Shown here: piece after piece, positions 37,450 to 48,808 of the stretch
Position numbering within the stretch: position 1 is the first letter of the stretch
Layout: each line of letters begins with the position of its first letter
Source of the DNA: Cladosporium halotolerans
Taxonomy: Eukaryota
Direction: 5' to 3'
Length of the DNA: 64,000 nucleotides
Assembly (NCBI RefSeq): GCF_011745625.1
Contig: NW_027191488.1
Span: forward strand, 124,001 to 188,000
The notes under the pieces: generated by a model
Told to the model about the DNA's origin: nothing
The model's database searches: none
Seen by the model: the letters and a program-made list of their open reading frames with translations, nothing else
Program-made: the position numbers and the translations under genes

Positions 37450-38568
37450 ATGTCACATCCAGAGCGAAACCTTAGTTACGACAAACGTGAAAATGCGCCT
37501 TTCAAATTCATTAATATTGAGCAACCAGGAGATGCCGCCGAAAAGCGGACTCGACGGCAGGTGCGCTCACACGTGAGCCGACTGCAGCACCGCCTTCACA
37601 GAGAACGAAACAGAAACACGGAAAGCCTCAATAAAACGGATGATGCAAATGCGCAAGCTTCGTCTTCCGCAGAAGTCGCTCATGTCAATGAGTCCTCACA
37701 AAAACCTCCAAAATCAACCACCGCTCCAGAGGCAACCCGAGTTGTTTTCCAGACAGTAAACAGGTCTGGAGACGATCGGGCCATTAATTCATTACAAAGA
37801 CGAAATAACGGAACGACGAGTCTGCCTCAAGCTCCAACTACTCCACTAGAGAAGGCATTTTCGCGAGGAGAAATGGCATTTCGCACGATCACTCTCGACG
37901 ATCCAGAAAACGTCGTTGGATCAAACATTGGTGGCCTCCGGTTGGACATCTCCAACCTAATGGTAGGCAGTTGTCTGATGATCATTCATCTCGATCGTTC
38001 ACTGACTATCAGCCAGCATTCCTACAAGATGATTGTCTTTATTCAAGCCCAAGACTTTGACCACCATTTTGGCGCAGTGATACCAAACGTCGTATCGTGG
38101 GAGAGATTCTACGCATTCGTCTTCCAAGATCCGATCATGATTAGCACAGCCCTTCTCTTAACCGCGCGACACTTCCTTGAAACACTCGGGAGGCCTCCAC
38201 AGGGAAAGGACCTCGTGCACATTAGGAACCTAGAACAGCATCTCGTCCGCCGCATCAACAGGGCTCTGAGCGATCCACGCGGAATCTCCGACCATCTCCT
38301 TGTCGCGGTGAGTCTATGCGCCGCGTACGACGGAAAGCATGGCAATCCTGAGAGTTACGACATCCACATGCGAGGGCTCGTGCAGATGATCAAGCTCCGT
38401 GGAGGACTTCCCGAGGTCGGGCGCGATCCGTACGTCGAGCGGCTCCTCCTATGGCAGGATGCGAACGCATCGAAAGTTACGGGCGGGAGAAAATACTTCG
38501 ATGGAATGACTCGCAGTCCTGGAGCCGATTTTCCCAAGCCGAACACGGAGATATTCCAAATGAAGTAA
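37450..38568 (+). CDS. Fungal-specific transcription-factor-like protein without a Zn2Cys6 cluster, one intron
   Basis: FKFIN..RRQVRSHV basic motif; C-terminal YDIHMRGLVQMIKLRGGL typical of fungal TF regulatory domains; probable intron about 37963-38016. Confidence 0.7.
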   Translation: MSHPERNLSYDKRENAPFKFINIEQPGDAAEKRTRRQVRSHVSRLQHRLHRERNRNTESLNKTDDANAQASSSAEVAHVNESSQKPPKSTTAPEATRVVFQTVNRSGDDRAINSLQRRNNGTTSLPQAPTTPLEKAFSRGEMAFRTITLDDPENVVGSNIGGLRLDISNLMVGSCLMIIHLDRSLTISQHSYKMIVFIQAQDFDHHFGAVIPNVVSWERFYAFVFQDPIMISTALLLTARHFLETLGRPPQGKDLVHIRNLEQHLVRRINRALSDPRGISDHLLVAVSLCAAYDGKHGNPESYDIHMRGLVQMIKLRGGLPEVGRDPYVERLLLWQDANASKVTGGRKYFDGMTRSPGADFPKPNTEIFQMK

Positions 38569-38798
38569 CGTGGGCCTTCGAACTGCCGTAAGGTGTCGGC
38601 AAGCGAGTTGGGACACGGCTGGACCGTGTAACTGGCTCGCCGGGCTCTTAGATGAAGATCCGCCTTCTTTAGTGTAAGACAAAGCAGTAAACTCTCTCTC
38701 ATTCGTTCAAAGCCAACAAGCCAGAAATAACCCGAGCTCATGCAGTGTATATGTCTACACGTTTCCCACTTCACTCAAAAAGCTGACTTTGACTGCAT

Positions 38799-41700
38799 CT
38801 AGAGTTGGGCAAGGTCCAGATCAACCTTCATGCCCCACTGTCGCATCCAAAGCGCGAGCCACTCAATAGATACTGGGCCGGCCTCACGCAAGGTTGGGCA
38901 CGCTTTCTCAGTCATAGCGGTCGAAAATTGAGGCCGCTTGGCATCCTTGCGCCCTATGTCGTGGAAGAAGTCCAGTAGTTTGATCGCCGGTATGCTCTCC
39001 ACTTCATCCGGTCGCTGGTCAGAAGCGTTTTTCAATGCCGCCAGCCAGTCAGTGTAAGGAACGACTTCAGGTCGGGGCACCATACAAGAGGCGACTTCTG
39101 CCACGATTTGGCTCCAATGCGAAACGCGCGGATTGACTACGCCAAAGAATTCGGCATCAGAACCTTCGTGTTCATTGCTTTGGGCCTTGCTCGCTTCACC
39201 AGTCTGGGTTTTCTTAGTCACAATCTCCTCAAGTACGTCGGCAAGTATGTCTACCGGTACCCAATCCATTCGATCCATTGCTCCAAGAGAATCTGGCAAT
39301 TTGCCAAGAGCCTTTGCGCTGTTGATTACACTCGGGAACCATTCGTTCAAATTCCACGCTCCGAGCTCTGATTTGACCGGACCAGCAACCTGACCGACTC
39401 GGCAGATTGTGACCGGCACACTGAAGCGCCTGTTCGCGTCAAGGAAGAGCAGCTCGCCCAGGAGCTTTGATTGTGCATAGCCCATGGGTTCCGCCACGGC
39501 GAAGTCACCGAGTGGTTGTTCTGGCACCTTTCCATCGTAAATGTAAGCCCAGTTGTTCGCGGCGCCGACGCTGGAGATGAAACTGACTGCCGCGTGCTTC
39601 ATGGATCGATGAGCCAGCTCGATTAGACGGTAGCAGGCGTCCAGCTGTGGCTCGAAAGACGACATGGGGAGGTTGAAGTTCACTTCCCATGCACCGTGAA
39701 AGATGTGTGTAGTCTCGTTGGTCAGGGTGGCATATTGTGCTTTGCTCAATCCGAGCTTGTCCTTTGCAAGATCGCACTCAAGAAATTGGACGTTCGAAAA
39801 CTCATCAGTTAGGCCGCGAGCTTGGTGGATGCGTTGTTGCTTGCCAAGGGTCCCTCCGGTGCGATTTAAGCAAACAATCTTGGCGAACTTGCGCTGCCGG
39901 ATTAAGCAATCAAGAAAATAAGAGCCGACCGAGCCCGTAGAGCCAGTGAGGACCATGACTTCTGTGCGATCGAGATCGTCGAGTTTGGAGGTATAGGAAT
40001 CGAGGATTTGTTGCATGCTGGTCTCGCCAGCGTCTGATTCGCCCGGGCTTGGAATCTCCCCCGTGATTGACTGCATGAGTGCATTGGATAGCATTGCCGC
40101 CGAAGGGTTCTGATAGATCGTTCTGGCTGTCAAGCGTTTCTGGACTGTATCAGCTCGATCACTCAGGCCCTTCCGGACCAATCGTAGTAGTCTCGTCACT
40201 TTCAGTGAGTCGAAGCCGAAGTCGAAGATGTTATCATTTTCACGGATTTTTGCACCGGACAAGAGCTCTTTGGACATGATCTGCAATATCGACTCAGTCA
40301 AAGCGGGTAAGCTGCTGGTTTCAAGAGCTTGAGTCGACTCTGTGTCGATTCCGGGGTTGGAGTACAGGTCGTCGATGGTTTCTTTCAGAGCGTTGATGGT
40401 AGGCATTCGTTGCACCTCTCCTTTTGACGATCGCAGGAAGTTCTGATCAGGGTGAAGCAACCTAACATGCGACGGGTGAATCTGAGCATGGGAGGGGAGC
40501 ATTTCATTCGCACCCAAGACTTTCGACACGATAGTATGTTTGTCTCGACTCCCAAGCTGGTTTTGCGAAGGCTCAACCAGTAATCCAGGTTGCTCTTGAC
40601 CCGCGCCGGCCACGAGCGCGGACTTGATACCATTCTCGTGCGATATCCAACTTTCAGCGCTGACAGGGTTGAATTTCTCGCCGTTGGAGAGCACGATTAT
40701 GTCGTCTAATCGACCCCGATATCTCCACAAGTCGGGTTTGCGAGGATGCCTCTCGTAAAGATCTTTCATGGAGTATTCGTCAGCATCTGGAAAGGTGCAA
40801 AACGCTCCTTGATGTCTGGAAGACTCAGGGGTGCGAACAAAAATGAGTTCGTACAGCCCTTGCATGTGCTCCCTAAATTGTATACCAAGGGACGGATGGT
40901 AACAATGGTAGGGCCAGTCATCCTGCTCGGCAGGTAAGAGCTCCGGAAGATTGAAGGTCTCAGTTGAACCGAGTATTTGCAAAACTTTGAGCTTGGTCTG
41001 TAAAGCGTCTCCGGCTGCTTGTGGTAAAGGCCCACCACCATATGTAACGCTAGACCATTTGCACATCGTTTTAACGAGCTCGTCGTCGGCGGCAACTTCC
41101 GCCAGCAAAGAGGGCGGCAAGATACCGGCCTCCGCGATGCCATGCTTCAACACCAGCTCTACAGTGTGCACCGATGGTGGAGCTTGTGAGGGCCCAAGTA
41201 GAAGCTCTGTTGACTGGAAGCATGAATAGCTGAAGAAGTCCCAGCCAGCGGAGTGAAAGGGTGGAAGAGCAGTGTAGACTCGTCGATTCGCCCAGTCGCG
41301 TGCAGTAACATGGCGGCCGGCGATGTCCTGTAAGAGTTGTTGAGCATCGATGGTGGCAATCAAGTTGTGCCTGATATCAACAGGTTTCGGGAATCCTGTA
41401 GATCCGGAAGTGTGTAAAACGAGGAACGGTTCGTTTGCGACTTCAGCATACGTCTTGGTCCATGGGTATGCATCAACGACATTGGGATCAAGCAAGTCAT
41501 TGAGTTCTGGAAGCTCGAACTCGAGATTGCCATCTTTTTCTAGCAAAGATCTGAAGAGGTCGTCCGGCCTTTTCTCTCGGGGTCGGAAAAGGGTACGACA
41601 ATCTGTCGCTTCTAGTAACGACAAATCTGCATCCAAATGGTTCCTGGGGGATGGGAAAAGGGCCTATTTGCACGATCAGATGGCGTCAGTCGATGGACGA

Positions 41701-42000
41701 GGGCTTGTAGCGACCGACCTTCACCCGAAATTTGCAAGCGGCACACGCGAAAATGTAATAGCGAATATCGGAAGGACCGATGTAGGCGACAGTCTCGAGA
41801 TCATGCCTTCGCGTCAATAGAGCATCAAGGTGCCATGCCAATCTGTTGATGGCGTTTGAAAGCACAGCAAAAGTGACGGTGGTGAGCTCGCCATCTTCCA
41901 ACGCTGCTTCAGACCTCGGAAATCGCGCCCACACTTGATCGGGTGATTCTTTGGCGATGGCGTCAATCGTCTCCGGGAGGCTGCGTTCGGCGCAGGGCAT
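38799..42000 (-). CDS. NRPS-like A-T-R enzyme (fungal carboxylic acid reductase type), one intron
   Basis: A domain LHTSGSTGFPKP, GSTET, RGRLDDIIVLSNGEK; T domain FGFDSL; R domain LTGSTGSVG, GYAQSK; intron 41664-41718. Confidence 0.93.
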
Positions 42001-42753
42001 GACGGGGAGTTAGCAATCGCTGGTCGCACTCGTCGACGTTCCTTGCAGTATCTTGAGAAGGAGACGGATATCTTTGACCGCGTGCAAGGCCGGAGTCGTG
42101 ACTATCTCATATTTGTATGGGTTCGCATAGGCAGCGAGCTAGCAGCCGGTTTACGAATCCCTTTCCGGCGTGAACCGCGGATCGAACATACACGCAAGCC
42201 CGCGATTTGAATCGGTGCTCCATCTCTCGAAATGATCACGGACTATGCTGAAGTCAACGATGAGGAACATTGGATCGTAGTTGGCTGTGCGTGAGCTGTC
42301 TTCCGAAGTAAAAGCGTGTGAGCTACTAGATGCGGCTAGCATTGGCCCGGGATTGCAGATCACTTGCGGAAGCTAATGGCTCCTTCACGACGATCTCCAG
42401 TCTAGCGGGATTGGATCCAACGACACGGTAGGTTCAGATCGCTGTTCGGCTCCGATGTGAGATGAGCCCGCACAAATCTCCACCATGTTACTTCAGTTTG
42501 ACATCACGGCTTCCTTTTATTAACAACGCAGCCTGCAATGCCTCGTTCGTAAGAGGGTTATGTCATGGCCTGGCCTGGTCCGGCTGTGCCTGTATTTGTT
42601 TTTGCTCGTCACGCAGGTAGATTCGTCGCTGTTGGCGCAACGCCCACGACACAAGTTCTGTAGTGAGTGCCGGTGATTCGATTTTTTCTTGCCTCCCGCT
42701 GCCGTTTCACCTTGGTTGGAATCCACCGACCAGTTTGCCGGAAGACGTCCTCA

Positions 42754-44334
42754 ATGACAGGTACCTCGGGGTCTTTTGAGGACCAACGAAGCGACTCAAA
42801 ACCTTCGTTAGACGATGTTGAAGCAACACCTGGCGGCGAAAAGGTCGATGAGCATGACGAAAAACACCCATCACCAGATGACGGTGTCCCTCCGGCGCCG
42901 TTCTCACTTCCTCGCGAGATCGCCTTCGTCCTCATGATATGCCTGGCCCAATTCTTGTCATTGGCCTCTCTGGCTCAGTCGATTGCTCCAATAGAAATCA
43001 TTGGCAGGAGCTTTGGGTTGGTCAGCGAGGCTGAACTGAGTTGGTTTCCAGCTAGTTTCAGTCTGACATATGGCACCTTTATTCTTCCCGCCGGACGTCT
43101 TGTGAGTGAATCTCACAACCACTGGAAAGCCGACACACTGACCGATCAACAATAGGGGGATATGTACGGTCATCGCAACATGTACGTCGTCGGGTTCCTG
43201 TGGCTCGCTGTTTGGTCCGTCGTTGCTGGCGTCTCAGTGCACAGCGGCAACATCCTCTTCGTCGTCAGTCGTGCGTTCCAAGGCATCGGATGTGCACTGT
43301 TCGTACCGAACGCACTCGCCATAGTCGGAAGGACGTATGGTGCGAGCCCGCGGAAAAACATGATACTGGCTCTCTTTGGAGCGGCAGCGCCGACTGGTTG
43401 GGTGGTGGGAGCAGTCTTCTCTTCTATCTTCGGTCAACTGGCTTGGTGGCCGTGGGCGTATTTTGCTCTCGCCATCGCCTGCGTCGCCATGGTTTCCGCG
43501 GCTTTTGTTGTCATACCGAAGGATGATGTACCCACGACTAGCATCGGAGACTTCGATTTCATGGGTGCCATCACAGGCGTGGGAGGACTCATCCTCTTCA
43601 GCTTTGCCTGGAATCAGGCTGCACTTGTTGGTTGGGCCACGGTGTATACATACGTACTCCTCATTGTAGGAGTGCTGCTGCTGGCTGCCTTTGCTGTTGT
43701 CGAGATCAAATTCTCGAAGAACCCGCTGGTGCCACTCCGAGGTTTCAAAGGCGATGCGGCTTTAGCTCTTGGAGTCATTGCAGCTGGCTGGGGCAGCTTC
43801 GGAATATGGGTTTTCTATCTCTGGAGGCTCATAGAGAGTCTTCGCGGATACTCAGCGCTCGCGGCATGCGCACAGAACTCGCCGGTGGCCATCTCAGGTT
43901 TGTGCGCGGCAGTCGCTACCGGGTTCCTGCTCTCCCACACCAAGGTGCCTTACATCTTGCTTCTATCGACACTGTTCTTCCTCGTCGGACAAATTCTGCT
44001 TGCGACGGTCCCTGTCGAACAAATCTATTGGGCGCAAACCTTCGTCTCGATCATCATCATGCCTTGGGGCATGGACATGAGCTTTCCGAGCGCGACGATC
44101 CTGTTGAGCAACAGCACTCCGAAGAACGACCAGGGAATGGCATCTTCCCTAATAAATACCACCCTCAACTACAGCATATCCCTCGCTCTCGGCATCGCAG
44201 GGACTATCGTCAAGAACGTCAACGCCTCGGGCACCAACGTTTTGGGCGGATACAGGGCGGCCTGGTATTTCGGTATCGGACTGGACGGTATTGCGGCCAT
44301 CATCGCGTTGTATTTTGTTGTCCGCTACCGATGA
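42754..44334 (+). CDS. DHA2-type MFS efflux transporter (Atr1-like), one intron
   Basis: PAGRL-GDMYGHR across intron, SRAFQGIG, PWGMDMSFP, about 14 hydrophobic segments. Confidence 0.9.
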
Positions 44335-44546
44335 TTGAGTAGCTTGGGTCATTCAATGATCTGTTAGGCGTCCATCAAATGTGATGTCATGGACGGAGAT
44401 AAGCTGCTGTACTGTAATCCGGCGCGGGGTGACCCGGCTTCTGGGATTTGATTATACCCGTTGTCATCTGTTGTAACAAGTACTTAATAGGTAGAGTCGA
44501 ACCAACGTTAATTGGACTACTTCGAAGATCTGTCTGAAAGCCGAAA

Positions 44547-45476
44547 ATGGAGCCATTCACCAGCCCCCTCGCAAATGGAGCAGCAGTCACAGGAATAAGC
44601 TCAATTCCCCAGAGGTCGTCTTAAACAATGGAAAAGGCGCCGTTGATCGTCGCTCTCCACGGCGGAAGCTATGGCTGCGACTACTTCGACGCGGACGAAA
44701 TCCACACAGCGGCGATCCCAAGTCAAGCCTACAATGTCCCTTTTGTCGCCATAGACCGGCCTTGCTATGGCGGCACGACTCCCTTTTCGCCCTTGCCTGA
44801 CCAGTCTGAGTTCGCACAGCAGACCGGCGTCTGGATGCATCGGTACATCCTTCCGGCGCTGTGGGAGAAATTCGGCAAGGGTTGTTCTTGCATTGTCCTC
44901 CTGTGCCACAGCCTAGGCTGTCAAGGAGGAATCATTGCCGCTGCTTTGCACGCGCAGGACGAGACACCAGGGTACCCGCTCGGCGGTATTGTAGCTTCCG
45001 GTATGGGACATCAATGCGCTCCATGGTATCTACAGGCTCCGCAGATGGAAGCCAATGTGGGGACAGACTATCACAAGTATGCTTCTGTTGAAGCTAAGGA
45101 CAGCCTCATGTTCCCTCCTGGCACGGCGGATCCAGCCATCCTACAGACGTCCGAGAAGCTCAACCGCCCAATTCCAGTTTCTGAAGCGAACAGCGTCCGC
45201 AAGTCATGGCAGCAGTGGCGTGAGCAGTGGGCCGCGCACGTGAAGGTGCCGGTCATGTTTGCCTTGGTGGAGCTGGATTGCTTCTTTGAGGGGACTAGGG
45301 AGCACTTGCAGGAGTGTGTGGAGGCGTTTCATAACAGCCCGCGGGTTGACAGCAGTCTGGTGCCGGGAGCTTCGCATTGTATGGAGCTGAGCTTTTGGTC
45401 AAAGGGATGGTATGCGACAGCATTTGGGTTCGCGATGGAGTGTGCGGTTGACCATGCTTTGAAGGCAAAGGTGTAG
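44547..45476 (+). CDS. Alpha/beta hydrolase; 5' part interrupted by in-frame TAA (44622-44624), open from ATG 44628
   Basis: ALHGG, IDRPCYG, CHSLG nucleophile, ASHCMELS; upstream in-frame ATG 44547. Confidence 0.8.
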
Positions 45477-45587
45477 TATTGGCATGTGGAGCAACTCTGG
45501 GTTGTTTGAAAAGAACAAACTTTTTCGTAGCATAGATCATGGGCTACTCAAAGCCTGACTAACTCCCGAGCGCGACCGCGGCGCGTC

Positions 45588-46895
45588 TCAGGCAAATAGA
45601 GCTCTGTAATTGCTGCCGTACATAGCGGCCTTCTCTTCCGACGACAGAAATGACGCATTATCGATCGCCGCAATCTCGTACGCGTAAGTGTAATTTGGAG
45701 CGTAGGGAAAGTCCTGGATGCTGCGTAAGCGAACATGCCATCGGATAGTGGCGCGAATGAGGACACACAGATCCGTACAAGAGCTGACTGGTCGGTATGT
45801 TATACCCGAGCAAGCCCTGAACCTGCCTGGGGAACACAGGCCCCGCTACATCCCAAAAAAAGCGCGTGGCGTAAGCCGTTCGGCTCTCGCTTTGGAGATC
45901 AGCCGACTGTGAGGTGAGAAACCTGTCCTCGATAGCGGGGAAGGCGCCCCCGGCGTGCGACACGACCCATTTCAAGGAAGTGAAAGTGGCGATAGTCCCC
46001 GTGAGTGTGAGATCCATGAAAGTTCGCGCCGTTTCGAAGTAGTATTCGACGAAGCCCTCAGGATAGGAAGTTGGATTGCCGCTAATCAGGCTGCCGTTGG
46101 ATGAGCGCATGCAGGGTCCGGAGGGGTGGACGAAGATTGGGGTTGGGCTAGGCATGGAGTTGATGTGAGCGAAGAAAGGGCGAAAGGTGCCGTTGCCCAA
46201 GTAGTAGCCTTCATGGTTTGATAGTAGCCCTAGGCCGGAAGCGCTGAGGCGATTGAGAGCATAGTTGGCTTCGGTGATGCTAAGTTAATCCATTAGACAT
46301 CGGTAATGAAATGAGGGGATGCAGTTGGCTCACGCCGCATCTGTGTAAGGCAAAGGTATGACCGCGAAGAAGGAGAGAATTTGCGGAAATTTGTACGCAA
46401 GCTTCTCGATGATTAGCTGAGCGTATCATCTTCATCGCCACATAAAGACTGGATTACCGCTGCCAGATACTCATTCAAGAGCCTTGCCAGAGCTGCCGAC
46501 TTAGTCTGTGAGCCGAGGAAGACAACTGAAGCAGGAGTTGTGATCGACAAGACGGCATGCTTGATGCCCGCTGAGGCCATGAGATTCAGATGTGCTTCTA
46601 AGGTCCAGTTCGGCGTTGGGGCTCCACCAGTGGATGGGACCAAAGCTTGATACCACTGGGGAGCGGCATGCGTATGCACATCAAATTTGCTGCCGTTGTT
46701 GATTGCTGATGAAATAGTAAGATTATCCAAGGCGTAAATCGACTCGATTGAAGCGAGAGCCTCTGCCGTGATAGGCAGGCTGTACAGATCTATATTATCA
46801 TCGTTGGCAGCAGTGAGGATTCTTGATGTGATGTTGTTGTGAGCAGAACAAAAGGCTGCAAGACACACTACGACTAAACGGAGATTCCAAGCCGT
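45588..46895 (-). CDS. Amidohydrolase-2 (aromatic-acid decarboxylase-like) family protein, apparently secreted, three introns; no in-frame ATG
   Basis: DVHTH metal motif, LARLLNEY, YLG, IFVHP, EYYFETAR, SHAGG, YGS-DFPY; putative ACG start at 46895. Confidence 0.8.
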
Positions 46896-47705
46896 AGCGA
46901 CAATCAGCCAGTTGAGAAAGCTAGGAAAGATCGGAGCAGACGAAGCTGTACTTATCTGCACTTTTGTATGAAATCAGCCGTGCCATTTCTGATGGTGCTA
47001 CTAATCATCTGTCCTGTCGGAGTACATCAGCAGACGGCACGGCTTGGGAACCCATACATTATGCATGTCAGCCCTCGCTTGTATGCACGAACGCTCAAAT
47101 CAGAAGGTCGAACCTTTGGATTTGCAACTTTACTCGGGTCATGTGGCTCGAGCCTTGTTAAAGCTGCGATACAGCTGAAACGCATCGCCGCAAGCTACCC
47201 GAAGAAGCTGCATTCAGCGCCGTGCATCCAAGCCGAGGACAAGTAAGGCGACGTCGTGGCGCAAACCGAGAGTGATTATCGTGTCCATTCTCTGGTCGTT
47301 TCGCCGAACCGAGAGCATATTTTCTTGGGAATAAGGGCAATCCCCAAGCGGTTTGCCGCAACATTCGCCCCCCTTTTCGTTTCGCTTCCGAAGTTGTTTG
47401 TTAATCGGTAAAAGGGAGAGACTGCGCTTTGCGGGCTCCACAAATCTCTCACCAGCGAGTCCCAAAGGCGAAGGCCTGAAGTATAGCGCAAATGCCGACC
47501 TGCAGGCCAATATTGGGCTGTTGGTCCTGGGTACTGCCCTTATCTCTTCGGTACTGCGGCTTCCCCATGCGCCAGTCCTTGCAAATTTTGGGCATGCACA
47601 TATCGCTGCAATACAGCGGGCTCCGTCTTGAGCTTGAATGAATTGTCCCGAGGCTTATGGCTCTGTTCGAGTGCCCCTCCCGACGCTTTCGTCGTCTCGC
47701 TTGTC

Positions 47706-48161
47706 TCATTTCGGAGGCTTTTCATTGCGTATTTGCGCCCGCAAGGCGTCCATGTACTCCGCCATGAAGCCTTGCTTGGGCGGCTCAGCAGACCTCCGTT
47801 GAGCATCCTGCCACGCAGAATCCGCACCATCATCTTCTACCTTGGTCTGCGAAGACTTGTGCTGGTGCGAAGACTTGTGCTGGTTGGTCTCCCAGATCTT
47901 TCCTTCGTCCCGAAGCACAGTACTGTTGTGCTCTCCTCTTTCTGCGCGACCGAGCTGCGACTTCAGCTCGTCGAAGAAATGCTGTCCAAAACCCGGACCA
48001 TCTGGTCGATCGATGTCCGTGCCGCCCTTCTCCTCTGGTGGCATACCGTTGCGGATGCGATGAACGTTCTTTGCGACTTTCTCGACGGCGCGGTGGAAGC
48101 CCGGTGTGCGCAGCAGCTGCTCGACCATCCAGCCTTCAAGCAGTCGAAGCCAAGGCGCCAT
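47706..48161 (-). CDS. MRX7: MIOREX complex component 7-like mitochondrial protein
   Basis: LEGWMVEQLLRTPGFHRAVEKVAKNVH, HFFDELK; internal 18-bp tandem duplication at 47848-47883. Confidence 0.7.
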   Translation of the reverse strand: MAPWLRLLEGWMVEQLLRTPGFHRAVEKVAKNVHRIRNGMPPEEKGGTDIDRPDGPGFGQHFFDELKSQLGRAERGEHNSTVLRDEGKIWETNQHKSSHQHKSSQTKVEDDGADSAWQDAQRRSAEPPKQGFMAEYMDALRAQIRNEKPPK

Positions 48162-48808
48162 GCTGAATGATGGCTACTGTGGAATCATGCAAGTCAAATT
48201 GCTGAAGCCGGTGGTGTAACGATTTGCCGCCGAGATGTCGCAGGTCTCGGATGTATGATGGCGGCGCTAGACGCTGGAGAGATCGGGCCTAGGGTCAGGC
48301 CGGGAACCGAGCACGCCGTGCGCGCGATGCGGGCGCTTGTTTCACGATGGGCTGCTGTTGGCTGGACGTCATCGACGCGCCGAGGCTGAACGCTGCTGCC
48401 CTCGTTTTGGCGGCAGGCGGCCTCAGGGCGGATTTAGGCATCGCCTTATTGGGCCGACGCAAAAATAATCTGGCAGTAGGCAATCGTTGTGCAGCACCAT
48501 TGTATGCTGCTTTTCTCAAAGGCCTCGTTATACGATCACCTGTTGCAAACATCTCAACATCCGTCACTGGATCCGGAGTAAAGGAAGACGTGCAAGAGGA
48601 GGACTAAATTGCATAAGGCGCAGGGCAAATAGAGCGCCGCCCTGCATATACCGCCGAAACGCCTTATCTTAAGAAGGCTCGTCTGGCGTCTGCCTTCCTC
48701 GCCGCACGAAAGCAGACTGCGAAGCGCCGGGATAAAGGCCTACTTTCAACCGACCACGACGCATCTGCACACGTCCGTTACACAGGCGCCGCTTCGGCGC
48801 TATCCACC

